Of a stretch of 64,000 bases of DNA, positions 10,401 through 16,500 are shown one piece after another. Both the position numbers and the translations under genes were made by a program. The notes beneath the pieces are model-generated. The model worked only from the letters and a program-made list of their open reading frames with translations, was not told the origin of the DNA and did not search any database. How positions within the stretch are numbered: position 1 is the first letter of the stretch; every line of letters begins with the position of its first letter. This DNA is from Treponema sp. (GTDB taxonomy: Bacteria > Spirochaetota > Spirochaetia > Treponematales > Treponemataceae): positions 98-64,097 of the forward strand of contig JAZLGB010000012.1 in NCBI GenBank assembly GCA_045616085.1, given 5' to 3'.

Positions 10401-11719
10401 CTGGAAGTTACGCAAAGCCAAATATAAAATGGAGAGCCGCAGATGGTTGTATTCTAGAAGAAGGTGAAAAATGTTCTCATTATGAAGTGGTTGAAATTTA
10501 TGGTGCAGATCAAAAAAATACCGGCTACAAATATGGTCACTTCAAAGGAGATCATCCATCGTTAATTAATGATGCGTATGTACAGATATGTGACGAAAAT
10601 GGAAATATTTTAAGTGATACAAAATATGTAATAAAAGAAAAGGGTGGAAGTGGTGATAATAACTGGTTCAGGTTGTATACTTTGGATGGACAGTCAGTGG
10701 AACCATTCCCATTTGGAGAGGGTAATTATGAAGTGGATCCAAATGATGAAAACTATATAAAACCAAAATCTGCCTTCTATGTAAAAACTTCTTTATCTGT
10801 AGACTTATACTCTAACACAACTTACGACTTTGGTTTGTTCACAGATTATGATACAGCAGGTGATCCATATACTTATCGCAATGCAACTGTCAGCATGATT
10901 GCAACAGACAAAGACTCAACAGCAAATGCCGGTCAGTATGTATCCATTGCGGCAATCCCTGGAGCAACAAACGATACTGTTGTGGCAGTCTGGTATGACG
11001 AAACTAACAGAACAATGTGGTATTCGTATAACAGTAATCCATTGGGAGTTGGTAAAGGCAGCAAAACACGAGATTCTACATGGTCAACTCCAGTAGCAGT
11101 ATTTGAAGGTGAAGATTTCGATTCAGCCGGCGAATACTGTAAGATCGCTGTTGATGAAAAGGGTGGTGTCCATATTGCGGCCTACGATCCTGTAAACCTT
11201 GATCTTGTTTATGCTTGTTTGCCAGCAGATAAGAAAGGCGTTGCTTCTGCTGCTTCTGAATTTACAACCTGTGTTGTAGATTCAAACGGTGTTGTGGGTT
11301 CTAACCTTACATTGGATGTAGCTCTGGATTCAGATGGAACGACTCCTCTTCCTTACATCGGTTACTATGCAACTAGCTGTATCAAACCAAAAATTGCTCG
11401 TCTTGTAGCTGATTTAAGTGATGGATCTTTTGATGATGAAGTTACTGGTGTTTGGGAAATTTCAGTTGTTCCAACAGCTCAGATTGTGGAAATGCAGTCT
11501 AACCAGCATAACGACATTAATATCGGTATCTGGAAAGATGCAGACGGAAAGGTGAAGGCTTCGGTAACAGGATCTTCAAGTACTTCAAATACTCTCAATG
11601 GATACAACTCAACTTCAAATGGTCAGGTTTGGGGTAACGGAACAATGAATGCCGTGCTCGGTTATGCTGTAAAGAAAGGCTCTAGTGGTGACACAATCGA
11701 AACCGCTCAGATGAAATAA
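1466..11719 (+). CDS. Giant surface lipoprotein with tandem bacterial Ig-like domains
   Basis: GGAGG 1456-1460 then ATG 1466; signal peptide with lipobox FVS-C; about 15 (I/V/Y)DxxxP linkers and DxAGN motifs; DxNxDG Ca-binding-like loops. Confidence 0.85.
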   Translation: MSKNSVLCAIIVSLLAAFCFVSCEVGLGEAVDTQPPVVQINYPDKTQKSVIKDWFYLSGDCSDETGINSVSITFKKKNSNVTYGPFEADIDDEEDRWSYKANVPDENGSYPIADGTYNVTILAIDNGKRKQTDSIDITIDNTSPILIIQTPKTTTASSSATVFGTTLKFTGTALDENEIDNFEITVYDNSGNMLGKASTTDVSKSLEVTLGVFGEEDGFYNEIYSPDDGKIEQLNYKYTVKMSDSARKYQGDSSSRAAAEDSEGNTTTSYYLRADNDFNQNVIQKISTGIFRNEKGNKVTSVDALYYYKSGLYSVEPGSKADVDKYLEECLKNPAGDENPIGTFALKPKNNPYFTVSGLSIHDGTDHWGNFQKGSSEKLVISVIEGLSEEALDSDSFAVFLQPVNGTLEAGKLIPLENSSPIPLLYAVKNENHPECVDEAKGKKDRDDIITSGAGSDTITLSLDGNVAANCFYKIVVYGYDQQLSDIDNGNDVYAFKVAAAALAPKLKVTTPVDTTTYEQGNVDGTIDLAGTVTTQSGDTDFKIEAYFVTFTGSEEKETKINTEAAVEGAVSGVSAWSLKISKKDSNFSTTESSDYTIRIKASDNGGGDTAVRDITVRYDVESPKVEWNSVLPVLEYEEETVLKVIPPENEVEEPKKIIVKPNFGYVNGKITIKGSISDDLALPVLKDGACYGVLHVNNGDETAENAIKREIKKTIFSEEIDTKDLGADLHIYMTVTDRAGNSEKYEYKYVRSDKTEVNLIVEQETDIPYVKFNNATIELAEKDISSEANKNLFGLGSSTVYISGSDDDGIKEIVWNVDNKTGLTETKFHGKIDGGNSTNVTSSISLPLSSLTEGIHTLNISIEDKNGNKKVYGGTKFAYDNNVPSITTDFTNEFGGGEFTVALTASDTSGIQKIYALDAPENTSVAIDDLVASGKDGSAKATVTNTADGTYSQTFVAKDKYDREGSVTISYKVDKTDPDFDPTKITLNGTVNGVSTTIKLSEYDSDSQWFSNGNIRIDGNAGSIVETNPNALSISYGTGKSANPNIGTNNTFSATISFEDTVSDSFKIEVSDKALNTASCGPYTIRVDSTTPDVPSISLFSDAAGKTPLGAFVKEEKIYAKISASDTTSGIKKVEVYQDATYAAGKLLAVDVLSSSLKNYENDEKLLEIPLKTKNLAAGQYEFGVKVYDAAGNTNTTTAAKFTYDITPPAVTYLYPSDADTSADGVQVNKTISLSGTLSDTNLPISKDDFAAKLYVLETGKTDFAEVAGTFSVTGSNWTFSGIDTTKYSDGNAVFQLVVSDKAGNRDEIPAKTATASTITVDIKQDSDRPIITLNAINTDGSTTLSSGVIKGSVSDDDGLSGIEVYVKIVNVSKKEKFSDSGWGTKLDVDSNGVWETSVTDEANYELYVKVVDKNKEIFWTADKAEANQLYPKIVFDGGAAVSSVIKFSVDKNPPKIEKFMYAIFDTKEATTPKTGYDYKDLTNNTAFGGKDFKYAKFKIEISDDVITDASTLTAKFSIAEKDYEMSYNEGFFVTNDMIDFTTTTSGQYYAVAYAYDKSGSPRTWTVNVSIDNDPPTSISNINHPSTEELTGNVKLTGQVADDSKGNSGVKAVYYAIPTSSETESTVKWNNVNFSVTWEFEIPSSALVTGTEILSKYSSYQVGTTGIYNIPVWFKIVDKSGNVGYYKSYTMRYNPNADRPHVSIAYPSDYEILGGTIRFNGTAEDGNNEGISAVYLQFDMNGDGVFENGKDILEGFDGGVTIPLTSEKGILAKGTQNWSYSLDASSLVGLTYSETGKSLNVRAISIDNDPTAKLASAWSDVLHVSVNNAVPSYQSVELRKYASAAAAANSASVADSVVSYTSGDYISGSGWYVVGTVHSGAGFAKSSPIVAKREDGINILTDISIITLPNEATASFKDEAKTEKLYHDYEFRIPVEVASGTEWKLTVTAKDDSNKTSSVDYVLNIDNTPPEFYNNDRYTVAADISKYGTGKLYGGVYGSEMVVNSEGVRNTEGSFTLAGRVTEEGSGFKRLVFYFKRTGTANRVYNPMKHYGDDRIANRTDISYDIKDKTSGFKPASGDFFINSEKLPVLYLEGLTRNSDDLRVITLPSAQAANDNIRNCGVVKIGGAYRLIKTVSAGVVTLEEEVSSAYTSAEFVYGMVMDKNEGKLANDDGDGMIESYSKAGYNYTWDANFDSNNIPDGPIELCTVVFDAAGNSSFYTTKTKISNNAPRIARLKLATDLNYNNSFEESETETFYALEKDSGNGDATEGVEVWNLDTKKEMNSASYWTIKNGMQVTPEIVGGTAPYYWVFTPAAGVGEAKNKKDPVAGTASDSNKLATTKSSFVIPNSTFTSTYEDKANTYTISFWDSTEETTPCSTSQWTMINAQLAQDVTDTVAPKVVVQPFYWHKAGSGSAGAVNTTTVTKRHTYSEVKGNSAYSVLYDAAGNMLSGKIDDSAVVYSKETVPVNSLYETLASNGHVELPSDLEFTGSKFTQSSGVYDKDPKVSGKIVIRGTAYDDVSLSSLWFSVETGTTKKFTPAGYLTTAGYGTSGVKGNYYQAAVYNSGWSTASANVDDNGWAFDVEQVYFNQFGHKVLWTLTLDTSKVEGIALADVVVKVMAVDHLKNDDHTSTKTSTSASTVDSQGHAPSIRMDVVPYITKVTTALSSLSKKTPSMYDRTALGHYPVRVVGKDTTITSGETVKLSGFNLGSIEDLDVTTLSTSADSKTKATSCEYFVTVNGIKSLNNENNDNARGSYGTEISGASSYDEKKNYAYNRQPNNANNNLLTDDVYFDVWQFNSEAAIPISGKIEQPVMKIRPTDGKIGFAFVNGPLYFSMGGSENNADGPAHDKQDYSYQYWLGSYDFFTSVGFTYDKNGNSWGVAAGGDINSASADKFQLMTSLWGKAGTYQSGSYTKENSIRMESIGQKGDVDGNNSGTRNFDKQRIKSPSLATTVKSDGSSNLYMAYYDAMNSEIRFKSGSYAKPNIKWRAADGCILEEGEKCSHYEVVEIYGADQKNTGYKYGHFKGDHPSLINDAYVQICDENGNILSDTKYVIKEKGGSGDNNWFRLYTLDGQSVEPFPFGEGNYEVDPNDENYIKPKSAFYVKTSLSVDLYSNTTYDFGLFTDYDTAGDPYTYRNATVSMIATDKDSTANAGQYVSIAAIPGATNDTVVAVWYDETNRTMWYSYNSNPLGVGKGSKTRDSTWSTPVAVFEGEDFDSAGEYCKIAVDEKGGVHIAAYDPVNLDLVYACLPADKKGVASAASEFTTCVVDSNGVVGSNLTLDVALDSDGTTPLPYIGYYATSCIKPKIARLVADLSDGSFDDEVTGVWEISVVPTAQIVEMQSNQHNDINIGIWKDADGKVKASVTGSSSTSNTLNGYNSTSNGQVWGNGTMNAVLGYAVKKGSSGDTIETAQMK

Positions 11720-11726
11720 TTATTTT

Positions 11727-11751
11727 GTCAATGTTGAATTTAATTCAGCAT
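11727..11751. repeat. Small REP-like palindrome
   Basis: GTCAATGTTGAATTTAATTCAGCAT: ATGTTGAA/TTCAGCAT stem led by GTCA, resembling GTCATGCTGAA..TTCAGCAT-type repeats. Confidence 0.4.
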
Positions 11752-11818
11752 AACGGTTGCTGGATGAGGTATTTTTAAAGGAATGAGACTGGGCTGAAAA
11801 TTCAAAAATAAATCTTAA

Positions 11819-11855
11819 ACTTTGCATTTTTTTAACCTTGCGCGCGATATATAAG
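11819..11855 (+). promoter_or_regulatory. Conserved rpn upstream element, copy 3
   Basis: ACTTTGCATTTTTTTAACCTTGCGCGCGATATATAAG directly before SD GGAGGT. Confidence 0.7.
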
Positions 11856-11869
11856 GTGGAGGTTATTTT

Positions 11870-12745
11870 ATGCGAAATAGTTTAAGACCAACTCCTACAG
11901 CGTTGCTAAATCCATGTGCGGACCCGGTGTTTAAGGCGTTGTTTACTCAGGAAACTCCGGAATCTCGCAGGGCGTTGACTTCGTTTTTAAGTGCGATTTT
12001 CGAAAAGCCAGTGAGTGACGTGCGCCTTGTGCAGAATGAGCTGTCTGTTGAAACGGAGAATGAAAAGCAGTCCCGGTTTGATATTAACTGTCTCGTGGAT
12101 GGAAATCCTGTGAATATTGAGATGCAGGGTGTTAATCATGGGGATAGTTATGGGCTTAGGGCTGAGTATCATGCGGCTCATTTGTTTAATCATTTTGTCA
12201 AGGCGAAAGAAGAGTGGCAGGATTTGCCAAAGGCTTACCAGATTTCGGTGCTTAATTTTGTATTTGAGCCTGATGAACAAGGAGTTCATCATTACAGAAT
12301 GCAAACGGATGACGGTAAGCGTATAAGCGACAGGTTGAACATAATTTTTGTTGAACTGCCTAAGTTCGATGAATCAGAAGTGTCTGTTGAAAAGTTGACG
12401 CCAGTTCAGCGATGGTGTAAATTCTTTTTGTATGCGGCTAGACCCGAAAAAATCGGCTATCTTGCAAAGCTTGTTGCTCAGGAGGAAGGACTTATGGATG
12501 CTCAGGTTACTTTGATGAAGTTGAGTTCGGAAGAGTCGGAATGGTATCGACAGACGGCTAGTTTTATTGCTGAGTGTGATCGTTTGTCTATGATTGGTGA
12601 TGCAACAAGAAAAGGTCTTAGGGCTGGGATTGAAAAAACTCGATCTGAAATTGCTTTGAAGATGATTTCTAAGGGAATGACAGAGGATGAAATTTCGGAG
12701 ATCACCGGGCTTTCGATAGATGAAATAAAAAAACTTTCAAAATAG
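11870..12745 (+). CDS. Rpn family recombination-promoting nuclease/putative transposase (PDDEXK_2-like)
   Basis: DPVFKALF, RFDI...NIEMQ, FVELPK, IALKM...ISEITGLSIDEI motifs. Confidence 0.9.
   Translation: MRNSLRPTPTALLNPCADPVFKALFTQETPESRRALTSFLSAIFEKPVSDVRLVQNELSVETENEKQSRFDINCLVDGNPVNIEMQGVNHGDSYGLRAEYHAAHLFNHFVKAKEEWQDLPKAYQISVLNFVFEPDEQGVHHYRMQTDDGKRISDRLNIIFVELPKFDESEVSVEKLTPVQRWCKFFLYAARPEKIGYLAKLVAQEEGLMDAQVTLMKLSSEESEWYRQTASFIAECDRLSMIGDATRKGLRAGIEKTRSEIALKMISKGMTEDEISEITGLSIDEIKKLSK
12494..12745 (+). CDS. Putative intragenic RpnS (83 aa)
   Basis: GGAGGAAGGA at 12481-12490 precedes in-frame ATG 12494. Confidence 0.55.
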   Translation: MDAQVTLMKLSSEESEWYRQTASFIAECDRLSMIGDATRKGLRAGIEKTRSEIALKMISKGMTEDEISEITGLSIDEIKKLSK

Positions 12746-12798
12746 CAGAACCGATGTTATCTTTATTCTCATAAGTATTTGGATAGAGGAGGCAGGCT

Positions 12799-13353
12799 AT
12801 GTTTCAGACTAAGATTTACATTGCTTCGACTGAGGCACTTTTTGATCAGAAGGTTTTTGACAGACTTTATCAGGCTGTGCCTGAATACAGACAGAAAAAG
12901 ATTGATTCTTATGGTACTCAGAAGGAAAAATGCCTTTCGTTAGGTGCGGGGCTTTTGCTTTCCAGGGCACTAAAAGATGCGGGCTACGATGAAAGCGACA
13001 TGAACTACGGTTTTAAGGAAAGCGGCATGCCTTACTTTAAGAATTATCCAGAGGTGTGCTTCAGCCTTTCCCATTCGGAAGAGCGGGTTATGTGCGGCAT
13101 TTCCCTGGAAGCTGTTGGAGTTGATACCGAACTGGTCACTCCAGAAAAGGCTGACGGTCTGGACGAATGGTGCAAAATGGAAAGCTACGCCAAAGCCACC
13201 GACACACCTATGACAAGCTTGATGGGCGGCCGTTCCATTTTCAACACAGAGTTCCGCTTCAAGGAAATCGACTTGAGGGACGGCTACAAATACGTGGCCT
13301 GCTCCGAAGAGTTCCTTGCCGACAGTCAGATTGTTGTGGTTGATTTTAGCTGA
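12799..13353 (+). CDS. Sfp-type 4'-phosphopantetheinyl transferase family protein (shortened)
   Basis: G.PY, FSLSHS, GVDTE and WCKMESYAKA motifs; SD GGAGG. Confidence 0.8.
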   Translation: MFQTKIYIASTEALFDQKVFDRLYQAVPEYRQKKIDSYGTQKEKCLSLGAGLLLSRALKDAGYDESDMNYGFKESGMPYFKNYPEVCFSLSHSEERVMCGISLEAVGVDTELVTPEKADGLDEWCKMESYAKATDTPMTSLMGGRSIFNTEFRFKEIDLRDGYKYVACSEEFLADSQIVVVDFS

Positions 13354-13487
13354 TGATAGTTTCCATGCCGAACTGTGCATGTAGCGACGCTAGCTAGCGG
13401 TTTTGTCAGTCTCTGGCTGACTGGTAGTATTTTCTGTGACAAGATTTTATTCTGTCCGTAAGAGAATGAGTGTAGTTATATAGAAAG

Positions 13488-13519
13488 AAAAGCGGAGTTC
13501 CTGGGAATTCCGCTTTTTT
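13488..13519 (+). terminator. Intrinsic terminator
   Basis: AAAAGCGGAGTTC-CTGG-GAATTCCGCTTTTTT. Confidence 0.8.
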
Positions 13520-13522
13520 ACT

Positions 13523-13549
13523 TAACTGCATTGTGGTAAATTCCGATAT
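13523..13549 (+). promoter_or_regulatory. Sigma28-like promoter candidate
   Basis: TAAC-N15-TCCGATAT versus consensus TAAA-N15-GCCGATAA. Confidence 0.4.
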
Positions 13550-13593
13550 TGGAAGAAGAATAATATTTTATTATTTTTTTTCAGGTGGTTTCC

Positions 13594-16500
13594 TTGAGCA
13601 GATTTTTCTGTGCACACAATTCAGTTTCTCGTTTTGTACGCGTTCTGGTAATGGGCGTGGTTTTGGTGTGCGTGGGGGGAATTTGTTGGGGGGCTGAACT
13701 AACTTCAACAACTGGTACAAAAACTATTAAGGATGCGGATGATTATATTTTAACAACTGATGTCTCAATCAAACTGCTTGAGATTGAAAATAATTCTGGA
13801 AAGATTGTTGTTGATCTGCAAGGTAATAATCTAACAATAACAGAACTTCGAATGGGTTATTATGACATTTTTACAAATTTTGACGGATATGTAGTTTTTA
13901 AAGATTCTGTTGGTGGTGGCAGCGTTGAAATTGGCTCTATAAATGCAACTGCCTGGAACCGAAAGAAAACACTTGAAATACAATCTCCTGTAACTGTAAC
14001 AATTAATACTAAGTTGGATTCTGATACTGGTGGTCATGGTGGTTCTGACGCGTATCTTAAAATTGTAGGAACCGGATCTTTGGTTGTTGATGGAACAATT
14101 AAAGGTGAAAATTATTTAAATACCAGTGATATAGAAGCCAATGGTTCGTTGTCTGGTACAGCTATTGTGGCTTCTTATACCTGGACTGGGGCAACTAGCA
14201 CTAATTGGAATGTAGGCAGTAACTGGGATTCTGGTTCTGTTCCTGGGGTAGGCGCAACAGTAATCATTCCTGCGGTTGGTACATATCCTGTTAGCGGAGC
14301 AGTTTTAAGTTTGAAAAATCTTACAGTTGCAGAAAATGCTAGTTTGAAACTTTCTTCAGGGGCACTGACAGTTTCTGACAGTTTGATTTCTGAAGGTGAT
14401 GTTGATGTTGCAGGATCTGTTACAGTTGAAGGAAGCTTGAATTCTCTGGGAATGTTAAAATCCGGTTCGACTATTTCGATTACTGGAACATCCATCATTT
14501 CTGGCACCATCACCTCATCAGGAACTCAAACCTACACCGGCGATGTAATGCTTACCGGTGACACAACACTTTCTGCGGGAACCAGCAAAAACATTGACTT
14601 TAAGGGCAAAGTAGAAGGTACTGGCGGCTCCGAAAATCTTACTATTACTGCGAAAGATGCTCTTTTTACTAACAACATAGGAGCAGTAGGCAATATAAAT
14701 ATTACCGGTAATCTTGGGGTAAATTGGACTGCAGTAGGCGTTCCTGCAATTACTTGTGGGAATTTAATTGTTTCTAAAAATGCAATGTTCAGAGGTGCGG
14801 TTTCTGCTTCATCTGTAAAAATTGATGGCGAAATCTCATTTATGGATGGCAGCAGTATTACTACTTCTGGTACTCAGGAATACGGTAGTGCTGTTTTAAT
14901 TGAAAAAGATATTGAGTTTAAGGGGACAACTGTTACATTCAACGGAACTGTTGATACACATTCCAATGGAACTAGTCCAAAAATTACGATTACAGGAAAT
15001 GCTGTTTTTGGAGCTAATGTTGGATATGGCAAAACTGTGGGCGATCTTACGGTTTCTGGAACAACTACTCTTAAAGCAGATGTTTTTTTTAAAGCTGCAG
15101 GAAAGAAAATTACATTTAGTAAGGCCCTTGATGGGGATGCTGCTGGCCGTAGTTTAACAACAGAGTGTCAAACCATTACAGTCAGTGGCTTAGGAATTAC
15201 TCTTCCGCTGAAAGATATAAATGTAAAAGGTGCTCTTGAAGTTTCTTCATCTGCTTCTGACGGAAGTATTAAATGTACGGATGCTCTTTCGGTTAGCGGA
15301 AATGCAACAGTTCGTGGTAATGTTTCTGCTGGCTCATTGTCAGTTACTGGTGTTGCCACAATAGGTGAAAGGACAGCATCAATTGATACCGGAACTGGTG
15401 AGCAGATTTATAGTAACGATGTAAAGATCAACAGTACTAGCGGTCTTGAAATCAAAGCATCAAAAGTTACATTTAGCAAAAAAGTAAACAGTTACGCTAC
15501 GTCTCGAAATCCTAATCTAACAATTACTGCTGATGAAACTATTTTTGGTGGAATTGTTGGAGATACTTATCCTCTTGGTGCGCTTTCTGTTTCTGGAATT
15601 TCTACTATTTCTGGGAACGTAACAACCGTTGGTGACCAAACTTATGTCGACAAAGTGACATTAGCCGGAGCGGCAACATTTTCGGCAATTAAAGATGATG
15701 ATGTAAAAACAGTTACCTTCGGTATCTCAGGCATTACTTCCTCTATCGCTGTTGGTTCTTATGGCATAACTCTTAAATCTAACGCAGTTATTTACGGTGA
15801 AAATGTATTCAAAGCTCTTACAATTGATAATTCTTTGATTGGATCTTCAACAACTGTTCAGTTTGAAGGTGGAAAATTCCAAAAGATTGGAACAATTTCT
15901 GCAAAGGGAAATTCTGCCGTCAATACATTGACTTTGGGTTCAACAGACACAAACAAATGGAAAGTTTATTTTACAACAAAACCAAATGCCGAAAGTTTTG
16001 ATTTTACAAAAATATCAAACAGCGAATCTGTTTCTTCGGACGGGTTGTCGTCGCGTGAATTGGAAATTACTCCAGCCGCTGCAAATGTTGTGGATGCAGC
16101 TCCAACTGGACCTTCTGCGGTTAACTGGTTTGTTCATAAATATTATTGGGTTGGAAAAATAGATGCAAAATGGTCCACTGTTTCTAACTGGGCTTATGAT
16201 GAAGAAGGAACTTTGCCAGCTCCGGTTCCGGGTTTTGAAGATGCGACTGCTGAAATCATATTTAAGAAAGTTGGAAATGGTAAAGATCTGGAGCTGGCAG
16301 ATGAGACAGTTACCGTTCCAGCTCAGTTACAGCTTAAGAAAGTCACAATTGAAGAAGACAACCGCTTAGGACTTGCAGGATATAGTCTAAAAGTAGGCTC
16401 TGCCTCACGTTCCTTCTATAATGCTGGTACAATTGCAATTTACGGCAATCAGTCAGGGAATGTCCTGGAGTCATTGTCTAACGGGGCAATTGTTCAGGGG

